Positions 18,835 to 28,238 of a stretch of 64,000 bases of DNA are shown piece by piece. The notes under the pieces were generated by a model. It worked only from the letters and a program-made list of their open reading frames with translations, ran no database searches and was not told where the DNA came from. This DNA is from Clostridia bacterium (GTDB lineage: Bacteria; Bacillota; Clostridia; CAKSNL01; HGM11501). The stretch is taken from positions 17,004 to 81,003 of the forward strand of contig JAZNEB010000003.1 of assembly GCA_045588365.1 (NCBI GenBank), written 5' to 3'. A program made the translations under genes and the position numbers. Every line of letters begins with the position of its first letter. Position 1 is the stretch's first letter.

Positions 18835-19839
18835 TTGAAACGAAAATTTTCATTTATTTTAGCCATAATTACTTTATCCTATGTAATTTGTGATTTTCAT
18901 ATAAAAGAAAAAAGCGTGTCTGCCTGGGCATTTGACCAAAAAGGGTATATTCTTGGCGGAGATATAGTGGGAATAAAGCTTTTTTCCAAAGGTCTTATGT
19001 GCATTGACTTTGAGGAGGGAAGCCCCGGAAAGGAAGCGGGGCTTAAAAGGGGAGACATTATCCTTGAGGCAAACGGAATCCAGTTTAACGGAGCCGCTGA
19101 TTTTACCAAAATTATAAAAAATTCAGAGGGTGAAATTGAAATCACCTTTGACAGAGACGGAAATATAAACCGTACAAAAGTAAAGCCTCAAATTGATTCT
19201 TCGGGAAACAAAAAAATCGGCTTGTGGGTGAGAGACAGTATAGCGGGGGTTGGAACGGTTACATTTTACGATGAAAAAAGCGGTAAAATGATATCCTTGG
19301 GACACTCGGTAACCGACTCTGAAGCCGAAAGAAGCTTCATGGTAAGAAAAGGGTACATTACCGATTGCGAAATACTCTCCGTTACAAAAGGGGAGCCGGG
19401 TACTCCGGGTGAAATTTGCGGAAGCTTTCCCGAGGATGAAAAAATTCTGGGATATATAGTGGATAACACCGAAAGAGGACTTGTTTCTAATTCAAGTGGT
19501 ATTAAAAAAGAAAATAAAACCGAAGTAAAGCCTGGATTAAAGGGCGAGGTAAAAGACGGAGAAGCCCTTTTGTACTCGGCAATAATAGAAGGGGAGGTTC
19601 GCCCCTATGCCGTAAGCATCAAAAAGCTCTACGGAGCAAGAGGGGACTTTTTGGTTGAAGTTAAAGACGAAAGGCTTCTTTCTCTGACAGGAGGAATTGT
19701 TCAGGGAATGAGCGGAAGCCCCATAGTTCAAAGCGGCAAGCTCATCGGCGCAGTAACCCACGTTTTCGTAAACGAGCCACAAAAGGGGTATGGAATATAT
19801 ATTGAAAATATGCTCACCGAGGCAGAGAAAATTAAATAA
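18835..19839 (+). CDS. spoIVB: SpoIVB peptidase (S55)
   Basis: PDZ domain, GLWVRDS.AGVGTVTF, GGIVQGMSGSPIVQ, GAVTHVFVN. Confidence 0.95.
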   Translation: MKRKFSFILAIITLSYVICDFHIKEKSVSAWAFDQKGYILGGDIVGIKLFSKGLMCIDFEEGSPGKEAGLKRGDIILEANGIQFNGAADFTKIIKNSEGEIEITFDRDGNINRTKVKPQIDSSGNKKIGLWVRDSIAGVGTVTFYDEKSGKMISLGHSVTDSEAERSFMVRKGYITDCEILSVTKGEPGTPGEICGSFPEDEKILGYIVDNTERGLVSNSSGIKKENKTEVKPGLKGEVKDGEALLYSAIIEGEVRPYAVSIKKLYGARGDFLVEVKDERLLSLTGGIVQGMSGSPIVQSGKLIGAVTHVFVNEPQKGYGIYIENMLTEAEKIK

Positions 19840-19870
19840 AATAAGCCCGCCTATGGCGGGCTTATTTTAT

Positions 19871-20620
19871 TTAATTTGTGCATATAAATGTTGTTTTATT
19901 AAAATTCTGTTTCAGGCTTTCAGGAAGATTTTTGTCGCTTATAAAATAATCAATATCAGAAAGTGTAAGTCCGATAAATTTCCCTTCGGTTTCAAATTTA
20001 TCGCTTCCGCAAAGATATACCAGCTTGTTTGAATATTTTCTAAATGCTTGAAGATTAAACATACCGCCTTCGCCTAATGAAAAAATCTGTCCTTTGGAAT
20101 TAAATGCGGTTGAAGAAAAGAAAGCAATATCAATATTATATTTTGACAATGATTCCAGCATTAAATTGCCACCTAAAATTCCGGGATATTCCACGACTTT
20201 TCCGCCTGTGCAATAAGTATTTATGCCGTGCTCGCTTAAAAAATCCGCAAGAAGCATATTGCAGGTTACTACAGTTATACCTTTTTTGTCGGTAAGGAAA
20301 TGTCCCATATACTGAGTAGTCGACGAGCCATCAAGAAAAACAACATTGCCGTTTTTTACTAATGATGCAGCTTTTTTGGCAATAGCATTTTTTGCGGATT
20401 TCATACTGTGCTGCCTGAATCTGAATGGAGTAATATTGGCATCTTTGTATGTAACACCGCCGTGGCTCCTTGTAATAAGACCTTGCTGTTGCAAGAGAGT
20501 TAAATCTCTCCTTATACTCGCAGGACTGTATTTGATTTCTTTTACAAGATAGTCAACTGTTACATAATGATTTTTTTTGAGTATTTTCAGTATCTCGTCC
20601 ATTCGCTCCTGTTGATACAC
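19871..20620 (-). CDS. DeoR/GlpR family transcriptional regulator
   Basis: SPASIRRDL HTH; FLDGSSTT; divergent from the MATE gene. Confidence 0.92.
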   Translation of the reverse strand: MYQQERMDEILKILKKNHYVTVDYLVKEIKYSPASIRRDLTLLQQQGLITRSHGGVTYKDANITPFRFRQHSMKSAKNAIAKKAASLVKNGNVVFLDGSSTTQYMGHFLTDKKGITVVTCNMLLADFLSEHGINTYCTGGKVVEYPGILGGNLMLESLSKYNIDIAFFSSTAFNSKGQIFSLGEGGMFNLQAFRKYSNKLVYLCGSDKFETEGKFIGLTLSDIDYFISDKNLPESLKQNFNKTTFICTN

Positions 20621-20734
20621 AATAACACCTCTTTTGATTATTGTTGATTATTCTGAAAACTTTTCGCCGATATTGATTTTTTATCTTTTTTTAATTATAC
20701 TTATTTCAAAGGCAAAAGTCAAGGAGGGAAACGG

Positions 20735-22120
20735 ATGAAAAAGCTTGAAAAACTGTATGAAGGGAATATGCAGAAAAAATATCTTATGTTTGCAATTCCG
20801 CTTATTTTATCAGCACTTCTTTCACAGTCGTATAATTTTATCAATTCAATGATGATTGGTAAGCTTATAGGCAGTGAGGCTTTTGCAGCAACTGCCGTTA
20901 CCGCAGAACTTATTGAATTGTTGAATTCTATTTTCTTTGGATACCTTGCTGGTATAGGAATATATGTTTCTGTGCTTTTCGGCAGAAATGAATATGGTAA
21001 AATGCTGAATGTAATCAAAATGAATTTTTTGCTTGAAGCTGTTTTTGCACTAATAATATCTCTTGTATGCAATCTGTTTTGCAAGCAAATTTTCGATATC
21101 CTGAACGTAAATGAGGAAGTTTATAAAAATGCAGAAATTTATTTCAAAATATATACTTGGGGATATTTGGTTTTCCAGTTTAACTGGGGCTTTACATATA
21201 TTTCAAACGGTATGGGCTTAACAAAAATTCCTCTCTTGTTTTCGGTTATAACAGGAATTCTCAATATCGCCTTAAACTATTTGTTTTTATCTGTCTTAAA
21301 TAAAGGAATAGGATACAGTGCTTTGGCCACTGTGATTTCGTCTTTAATTACCACACTTATTTATTTTTGTATTTATATAAAAATGCTTAAAAATATGGGA
21401 ATAAAATTGAGTGGCATGAGGATAAACAAAGTATTACTTATAAATTCTGCAGACTACGGAATGCCTACTATGTTCCAGCAAATGGTAATGTATGCTTGTA
21501 CGGCATTGGTTTCCCCTCTTACAAATACCTGTGCAACAGCGGCTATTTCGGGGTATGCGGTAGCCAATAAAGCAAGAAGCTTAATTGCCGCAATATATCA
21601 GAATTCAGGCAAAGCAAACACCACCTTTGTTGCTCAGACTATGGGTGCGGGAAAAATTGATAAGATAAAAAAAGGCATAATAATCGGAGTAACACAGGGA
21701 CTGGTCTTTTTTGGCATAACAATGGTATTATTTATGCTTTTTGCCGATGAATTTACTGCTTTGTTTTTAGACCCTGAAAAAGATGCAGAAAGTATTAAGG
21801 TAAGCGTAAACATGATAAGGTTTTTATTTCCGCTTATGTTTTTCAATGTTTTCAACAATCTTTTTCACGGGATTTTCAGGGCAGTAGGCTCAGGAAGGCT
21901 TATGTTTATATCAACACTCATCTATGCAGTTTCGTATGTGATATATGCCTATGTTCTGTTTTCTTTATTACCTTACGAAACACGAATCTATAGTGTGCAT
22001 TTAGCTCTTGGCATGGCATATATTACAGAAGTGATATTTGCAACATATATCTTTGTTACGGGTAAATGGAAAACTTCGGAATATATAAAGCTTGAACATG
22101 AGGCCTTAAAGAATAATTAA
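20735..22120 (+). CDS. MATE family efflux transporter
   Basis: AIPLILSALLSQSYNFINSMMIG; about 12 TM segments with internal two-fold repeat. Confidence 0.88.
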   Translation: MKKLEKLYEGNMQKKYLMFAIPLILSALLSQSYNFINSMMIGKLIGSEAFAATAVTAELIELLNSIFFGYLAGIGIYVSVLFGRNEYGKMLNVIKMNFLLEAVFALIISLVCNLFCKQIFDILNVNEEVYKNAEIYFKIYTWGYLVFQFNWGFTYISNGMGLTKIPLLFSVITGILNIALNYLFLSVLNKGIGYSALATVISSLITTLIYFCIYIKMLKNMGIKLSGMRINKVLLINSADYGMPTMFQQMVMYACTALVSPLTNTCATAAISGYAVANKARSLIAAIYQNSGKANTTFVAQTMGAGKIDKIKKGIIIGVTQGLVFFGITMVLFMLFADEFTALFLDPEKDAESIKVSVNMIRFLFPLMFFNVFNNLFHGIFRAVGSGRLMFISTLIYAVSYVIYAYVLFSLLPYETRIYSVHLALGMAYITEVIFATYIFVTGKWKTSEYIKLEHEALKNN

Positions 22121-22186
22121 AAGCAAAGAAAAACGCTCATCAGAGGATGAGCGTTTTAATATAATAAACTGAAAGCGGGTGGTATT

Positions 22187-23092
22187 ATTTATTCCTATTT
22201 TGATGCTCATTGCGATACCTTAATTAAAATGTATAAAAAGGGACTTGGTTTTGAAAGCGGAAATCTAAAGGTGAATATAAAAAATCTTTCAGGCTATGAA
22301 AAAGTTTTTCAGGTTTTTGCCCTCTTTAACGAGGGGGATTTAAGGGAAGAAGATATGCTTTCTGCCTTTTGCTATTTTAAGGGTGAGTGCAAAAAGCAAA
22401 AGAATGTGAAAATATGTACCCGTATAAATAAAGGGAAGAAAAAAGGAATTTTTGCCATATTTGCAATAGAGGGCCTTGGAAATCAGATAGATTTTAAGCT
22501 TGAGTCCGTAGAACGATTTTATGATGCTGGTGTAAGAATTATGGGGCTTTGCTGGAATAATGACAACTGCCTTTGCGGCGGATGTATGGGAGCAAAGGGG
22601 CTTACTCCCCTTGGAAAAGAAACCCTTAAAAAGATGGAAAGGCTTAAAATTATTTTAGACGTTTCCCATATGTCCGACAAAAGCTTTTTTGAAAGCCTGG
22701 AGTATTATTCTCTGCCCTTTTGTGCAACCCATTCTTTAAGCAGAACGGTACATAATAACAGGAGAAATTTAACCGATGAAGAGTTTTCTGCCCTGGTAAA
22801 AAGAGGCGGTGTGTGCGGAGTTAATTTCTGTCCCGAGTTTCTGGGTGGCGAAAAGCCGGGGATTGATAGAGTAATAAAGCATATAGAGCATTTTTTATCA
22901 CTGGGAGGCGAAGAAAATATCGGCATCGGCAGCGACTTTGACGGAATTAAAAAAACGCCCCAGGGCCTTTCTGATTCTTCAGAAGTATATAAGCTTCTTG
23001 ATGCTATGCTTTCAAAAAACTATCCTTACGGGCTGGTAGAAAAAATTGCTTTTCGTAATTTCAAAAACTTTTTTCTGAAATTTACAAAATAA
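22187..23092 (+). CDS. Membrane dipeptidase (M19) family protein; probable ATT start upstream of the ORF-track ATG
   Basis: In-frame DAHCDT upstream of ATG 22229; AIEG, DVSH, THS, IGSDFDG. Confidence 0.85.
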   Translation: MYSYFDAHCDTLIKMYKKGLGFESGNLKVNIKNLSGYEKVFQVFALFNEGDLREEDMLSAFCYFKGECKKQKNVKICTRINKGKKKGIFAIFAIEGLGNQIDFKLESVERFYDAGVRIMGLCWNNDNCLCGGCMGAKGLTPLGKETLKKMERLKIILDVSHMSDKSFFESLEYYSLPFCATHSLSRTVHNNRRNLTDEEFSALVKRGGVCGVNFCPEFLGGEKPGIDRVIKHIEHFLSLGGEENIGIGSDFDGIKKTPQGLSDSSEVYKLLDAMLSKNYPYGLVEKIAFRNFKNFFLKFTK

Positions 23093-23289
23093 AAAAGGAC
23101 GTAATTTTACGCCCTTTTCTTTCTGTACGTTAAGGGGGAATTCGCAATCCCCCTTGCCCCCTTTATTTATTAAACCTTATCATTAAATATAGAGGCATCT
23201 TTGCTTGTTTTTAGCAATATTAATATTCTTTGGGTCTTCTGAAAACTGTGGTAAATACTTTCCTGAACGGCACTTCTCTTTTTCAAGCA

Positions 23290-23790
23290 TTACATATTCA
23301 GAATTTTCATGTATTCAAAAAAAGAGGTAAACACTTTCCTGAAAGGCACTTCTTTTTTTGATTTAATTCTTATGACGCTGACCCTTTCATCTGAAAGAAC
23401 CACATCGGGCAAAACCACATCTTCATAAAGGTAAAAAGTGGCCTTATTTCCCTTTTCGAGCATTACATATCCTTCTTCTGACCAGATGTATAGATTGTAC
23501 TTTTTTAAGCTCGAGTCTCTGCTGTTAATTATGCTTGGAAATATGGTTACAAGCTCATCATCAACTACATAGTCAAAGCTATATCTGCCACTGTGATAAT
23601 TTATCCTGTATGTTCCGTCACGGTAGAACACACGCGTAAAGTCATGCCCTACTTCCAGTTCCCTTTCATAGTCCATACTGCGATGAAACCAATCAAGTCC
23701 CTTTGAAAGTAAATTATCTCCGAACAAAAACATAATACATAAAAGAACTATAAAAACAGTTAGAACCTTATGCCTCTTTACAAAGTTCAT
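23290..23790 (-). CDS. Hypothetical protein with N-terminal membrane anchor (candidate immunity protein)
   Basis: ORF with SD GAGGTG; hydrophobic N-terminus; co-oriented after 23795 gene. Confidence 0.65.
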   Translation of the reverse strand: MNFVKRHKVLTVFIVLLCIMFLFGDNLLSKGLDWFHRSMDYERELEVGHDFTRVFYRDGTYRINYHSGRYSFDYVVDDELVTIFPSIINSRDSSLKKYNLYIWSEEGYVMLEKGNKATFYLYEDVVLPDVVLSDERVSVIRIKSKKEVPFRKVFTSFFEYMKILNM

Positions 23791-23794
23791 AAAT

Positions 23795-24253
23795 TCACCT
23801 CAAAACACTTTTGAGTTTTTTAATAATTTTGTGGAATATCTTTTCATGAACGAGAAATATGAAAGCCAGCGTTACAGTCAGCACGACAATATCATATATA
23901 GCTATATGTATAATCATTTCTATAAAGGACGGAATATTTATTGGTGAATTCAGAAAGAGCATAAAAATCACATTCAAAATAACAAGCTTAAATATCAAGA
24001 CACCCAGCATATTAAAATATGTCTTTAAATACATACCCTTTCGAAAAAATTTTTGATTCAATAGGGCAAGGTATACAGGGGACAAGATTATGCATAAAAC
24101 AAGAAAAAACGGAGCGCTATATGTGACTATATTGAACGGGAAAATATCCATTCTTTTATCGCTGGCATAAAGCCCGAAAGCACTCAATAAAAGAAAGATA
24201 ATTTCCGCAATGCATGGCATTATATTAAGCACCATTCTCTGTGTTTTTCCCAT
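23795..24253 (-). CDS. Hypothetical four-TM membrane protein (candidate immunity protein)
   Basis: Four hydrophobic segments; starts 16 nt after the PG-binding gene stop. Confidence 0.65.
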   Translation of the reverse strand: MGKTQRMVLNIMPCIAEIIFLLLSAFGLYASDKRMDIFPFNIVTYSAPFFLVLCIILSPVYLALLNQKFFRKGMYLKTYFNMLGVLIFKLVILNVIFMLFLNSPINIPSFIEMIIHIAIYDIVVLTVTLAFIFLVHEKIFHKIIKKLKSVLR

Positions 24254-24269
24254 AAAAAATCCCCTTTTC

Positions 24270-25628
24270 TCATTTTAATAATGTTTTAATATACGGCAGA
24301 TATTCCTGCACTTTTTTAGCGTATTCAGAACTTCCGTTATATAGAGTAATCGGGGTAGCCCACTTCTCATAAGTTAAATTTCCCGTTTCGCTATAATCCC
24401 TGATGACTCCGCTATTTTTAGCCTCCATCAGAAGAACCAATGCAATTGTCTCAATGTTAAATTTATCATCTGTAATCAGCTTACGCATAATGGCGCTATC
24501 ATCCATACCTTCGAGTTTGGAAGGGTTGTATGCCTTCCATGCAGCTTTAGCCGTCCCTATTTGAATAGCACCCAAACCGGTCGAATGCTCGCTCCCATCA
24601 ATTTCATGCCATATATAAACTCCCCAATCAGGAGAATTTTGTGTAAGCTGCTCCTTGAATATTATACCTCCAATTATTTCGGCCGGAACACCATGTTTTT
24701 CAGCCATTTCATTGATATAATCTTTATTATCTGTAACTTGATTAATTGTAGCATTTAAGTATAAATCCACTCCTAAATTTCCTACTATTCCACCTAACCC
24801 TCTCATTCCCAATATAATAGGATATTGTTTAGTTGCTATTGATTTTAGTTTTCTTTTTGCCTCCGAAAATTCCTTTTTTGTTTCAGGTTTTGTTGTTTCT
24901 TTCGTCTGTCTTTCTTTCAATTCTATATTTGAAAAATATTCATCCACAGTTTTATTATCCATAAGAGTATAGGATATATCTTTATTTTCTCTGCTTTTTC
25001 CTGTTTCCCCCGGAGCATAATTGTAAAGCTCTATATTTCTTCTTGCATCGGGCGTATTTAACCCTCGTTTATTTCCCCCTTTTTTATTAAAGGGTGTCTT
25101 TTCTCCTTCCGGTACATACGTCCCCCAGATATCCCATTCGGTTCCGGGAACATAAGGTCCCCAAGGCTTTATCTTGTTTTCCTGCTCGTTCTTGCCTCGG
25201 GTCTCCTGCCCGATTCCCTTTACAAGAGGGAAATTCTCAATTTGTGGTGTATTCCATACATCGGGGATTTTTTCGTCATTTTTGCCCCAACAATTTTCGG
25301 CAGAAGCTTTGTCTTTCCGCTCTTCCTTTTTCTTCTTTTTCCTGTAAATGGAATCCCAGGTTTCGTCGCCCACAATTCCGTCCACGGATAATCCGTTTTC
25401 TCTCTGGTAGTCCATTACCGCATTGGCAGTGTTGGCTCCGTATCTTCCGTCAACAAAAAGCTTTTCGCCGCTTTTATCGGTGTAACCCTCTTCATTCAAG
25501 AAGCTCTGCACGCCCTTTACGGCGTCAGAGTTAAAGGTTTGAGGATAAAGCTCTTCATTTTCCTTTTTGAGCTTTTTAAAATCATCGCTTTTAAGCTCTG
25601 ATGCTTCTATACTGTTTTCTCTGTACAT
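24270..25628 (-). CDS. Peptidoglycan-binding protein with C-terminal lysozyme/lytic-transglycosylase-like domain
   Basis: VDGRYGANTANAVMDYQRENGLSVDGIVGDETW (PG_binding_1); IIFKE, GLGAI and YNG motifs. Confidence 0.75.
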   Translation of the reverse strand: MYRENSIEASELKSDDFKKLKKENEELYPQTFNSDAVKGVQSFLNEEGYTDKSGEKLFVDGRYGANTANAVMDYQRENGLSVDGIVGDETWDSIYRKKKKKEERKDKASAENCWGKNDEKIPDVWNTPQIENFPLVKGIGQETRGKNEQENKIKPWGPYVPGTEWDIWGTYVPEGEKTPFNKKGGNKRGLNTPDARRNIELYNYAPGETGKSRENKDISYTLMDNKTVDEYFSNIELKERQTKETTKPETKKEFSEAKRKLKSIATKQYPIILGMRGLGGIVGNLGVDLYLNATINQVTDNKDYINEMAEKHGVPAEIIGGIIFKEQLTQNSPDWGVYIWHEIDGSEHSTGLGAIQIGTAKAAWKAYNPSKLEGMDDSAIMRKLITDDKFNIETIALVLLMEAKNSGVIRDYSETGNLTYEKWATPITLYNGSSEYAKKVQEYLPYIKTLLK

Positions 25629-25731
25629 TTTGTACCTCCTTAATTATAACATATCCCGTTGCCTTTAGCAACAAATTTTTCCGGGTGGCGTTTCGAACCG
25701 TCACACCTGCAAAGTTAACCTCACAGTTAAT

Positions 25732-25760
25732 ATTATAACATAAAAAGTTATATTTGTCAA
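25732..25760 (-). promoter_or_regulatory. Consensus sigma-A promoter of the PG-binding gene operon
   Basis: TTGACA-17bp-TATAAT. Confidence 0.8.
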
Positions 25761-25842
25761 GAGGCATTTTGCTTTTCACGTTATTTTCGATTGTTTGTAT
25801 AGCAAAAAAAAGGACTTCGGCCTGGCTGCCGAAGTCCTTTTT

Positions 25843-26880
25843 TTAAGTATCTAAATAAGTATCTAAGTTACTTCTTAAAATTACCAGAGGATTTATATAT
25901 ACTTTCTTTTCAATTTTTTTGTGCTCAGCTATATGTTCATAGAGCAGGCGCACCGCAATTCTTCCGTGCTTTTCCAAATCCTGGAATATGGTGCACTGGG
26001 CAACTCCCTCTTTAAGATAGTGAACTACCGCACTGTCAATATCGGTGCAGACCGCTTTCAAATCAAGCTTTTCTTCCTTAATGATTTTACCTATAGAGGC
26101 GAAATTGCTTGTAGCAGAATAAAGCCCGTGAAGATTTTTGGAGTCCCCCAGAATTTTTTTAATAAGATGAAGGGCGATTGTATCGTCGTCGTGAGTTTCG
26201 TAAACGCCCACGGAATTAAGACCGAAGGTATCAAGTGCATCAATAAAGCCCTGGATTTTAAGCTTATGCTCCACATTATCCTTGTTTCCTACGAAAATTG
26301 CCACGTTGGCATTTTCCTTTGTGAAAAGCCGGAGTAGCTCTGCCGCCATCTGGCCCGAACGGTAGGCATCTACCTGAACGGAGCAAAGATATTTGTTTGT
26401 GGTGGACTGGGAGTCGCCAATTAACACGATGGGAATATTCCTCTTTTCCAGCTCTCCGAAAATTTTGTCAAGACCAAAGGGGAAGAACTCACATAAAATA
26501 ATGCCCTGAACTCCGTCTTCAATGCATTTGTTAAGGGCATTGACGGTATCAATACTGGAATAAAGGTTGTCTATAACGTAATAGCGCTTTTCTACGTTGT
26601 AATCGGAAAGCCGTTCAAATTCCCTGTCAAGCCCCTTTTTCATAAAAGAAAAGTAGTCATGCACGTCCGAGGGGATAACAACTCCGATAACAATGGTATT
26701 TCGTGCCATACTCTGGGCAACCTTGTTAATGCGATAGCCCATTTCATCTGCTGTTTTCAAAATTTTCTCCCGAAGCTCTTTGTTTACACCGCTTTTATTG
26801 TTTAGTGCCTTGCTTATTACGGCGTAGGACACACCGAGTTTTTCGGAAATGTCTTTTATGGTAATTCTTTTCTGTTCCAT
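25843..26880 (-). CDS. LacI family transcriptional regulator
   Basis: ITIKDISEKLGVSYAVISKALN HTH plus periplasmic-binding-protein-like domain. Confidence 0.93.
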   Translation of the reverse strand: MEQKRITIKDISEKLGVSYAVISKALNNKSGVNKELREKILKTADEMGYRINKVAQSMARNTIVIGVVIPSDVHDYFSFMKKGLDREFERLSDYNVEKRYYVIDNLYSSIDTVNALNKCIEDGVQGIILCEFFPFGLDKIFGELEKRNIPIVLIGDSQSTTNKYLCSVQVDAYRSGQMAAELLRLFTKENANVAIFVGNKDNVEHKLKIQGFIDALDTFGLNSVGVYETHDDDTIALHLIKKILGDSKNLHGLYSATSNFASIGKIIKEEKLDLKAVCTDIDSAVVHYLKEGVAQCTIFQDLEKHGRIAVRLLYEHIAEHKKIEKKVYINPLVILRSNLDTYLDT

Positions 26881-26960
26881 AATTTATCCTACCTTTTAGC
26901 ATATGCTTAAGAACAATTATATCACACTAAAAATGAGGTGTCAAATAAAAAGTAAGAAAA

Positions 26961-27130
26961 TGGAAAACGTTTAACAAAAAATAATAGTTCAGAAGGAAAA
27001 ATAATCTGAGACAAAAATGCCCTTAAAACCCCGTAAAAAGCGGAAAGTAGCGGATTTACAGGGAAATTTTTTAATTTTAAGAAAAAATTTTTCAAAAAAC
27101 TTTCAAAAAACTATTGCAAAACGTTTTACA
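26961..27130. promoter_or_regulatory. Two LacI-type operators (26961-26976, 27115-27130); the second overlaps the -35 of a TTGCAA-17-TATAAT promoter
   Basis: TGGAAAACGTTTAACA and TGCAAAACGTTTTACA, CG-centred palindromes. Confidence 0.7.
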
Positions 27131-27196
27131 ATAGTGTATAATGCAATTGTTCTTAAGGGTTATTTTATAAATTATATTTTTATGGGAGGTATTAAA

Positions 27197-28219
27197 ATGA
27201 ACAAAGCAGAATTACAGATTAAGTTTGAAGCAGGCCGCAAGGCTATCCGCAAAGCAGTTGATTTCCAGCTTGGCTTTTTGCAGGAAGACGGCGGTTACAT
27301 ATGGGACGGTTATGTTCCCGATGCATTCCACAAGCAGGCATATTCCTGGAACCTTGTGGGAAATAATGAAGAGGCTCATCGCCTTTTGTCCTGGATAAGA
27401 GACAACCGTCTTCGTGAAAATGGTTCTCTTATACTTACAGAGGACCCCAATGATACAGAAAACAATGTTGACGTGTATAAGCATGCATGGACCTGTCAGG
27501 GTGCACATCGCCTTGGCCGTTTCGATGTTTCTTATCCCGTTTACAATTTCTTAAAGACTCTGGCTATGCCCTGCGGAGGATATCCCCTTCACAAGGGTAT
27601 GCCCCTGGCTCGTATGATGACAACTGCATGGGTTGGAACAACAGCTATCTATTTCAATGACTTAGAGATGGCAAACAAGTGTGCTGACTGGTGCATCAAG
27701 GTTCTTAATGACCAGCCCGATGCAAACAGATTTTACTATATGACAACTCCCGACGGAAAGCTTGCTTTAGAAGCTGACGGCGGCGAATTCATCGACAACA
27801 AGAAACTTAAGCAGTGCTACTGGGAATGCGGTTTCGCAATGATACTTATGAATCGTTTGTATCAGATAACAAAGGATGAAAAGTATTTAGAATATACCAA
27901 GCGTTACATGGAATTCCTCTTCACCTGTGCTGAAGATACATGGAGCTATTGGGGAAGCGGTAAGGCTGCGCTCGGCTGTGCTATGTACTACTCATTCACA
28001 GGAGATGAGAGAGCAATGGAAGCTGCTGTTAAGTTTATCGACTTCGTTGTTGAAACGCAGGTTAAGGTTAAGGATAAGGACGGTAAATATGCAGGCGGTC
28101 TCTGGTATGATGACGAGCCCGACATTTTACTTATCTATATCGACCATGCTGCATGCTTCTCAGGCTGGGTTCTTGACAGCATCTCTTACATAGAATCAAG
28201 AATGGGAATTTTGAAATAA
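27197..28219 (+). CDS. Hypothetical helical enzyme, possibly (alpha/alpha)6 barrel
   Basis: SD GGGAGG and ATG 27197; repeated helix...Q..DGG.W patterns; function unknown. Confidence 0.7.
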   Translation: MNKAELQIKFEAGRKAIRKAVDFQLGFLQEDGGYIWDGYVPDAFHKQAYSWNLVGNNEEAHRLLSWIRDNRLRENGSLILTEDPNDTENNVDVYKHAWTCQGAHRLGRFDVSYPVYNFLKTLAMPCGGYPLHKGMPLARMMTTAWVGTTAIYFNDLEMANKCADWCIKVLNDQPDANRFYYMTTPDGKLALEADGGEFIDNKKLKQCYWECGFAMILMNRLYQITKDEKYLEYTKRYMEFLFTCAEDTWSYWGSGKAALGCAMYYSFTGDERAMEAAVKFIDFVVETQVKVKDKDGKYAGGLWYDDEPDILLIYIDHAACFSGWVLDSISYIESRMGILK

Positions 28220-28238
28220 TTTATTTAGGAGGTACACC

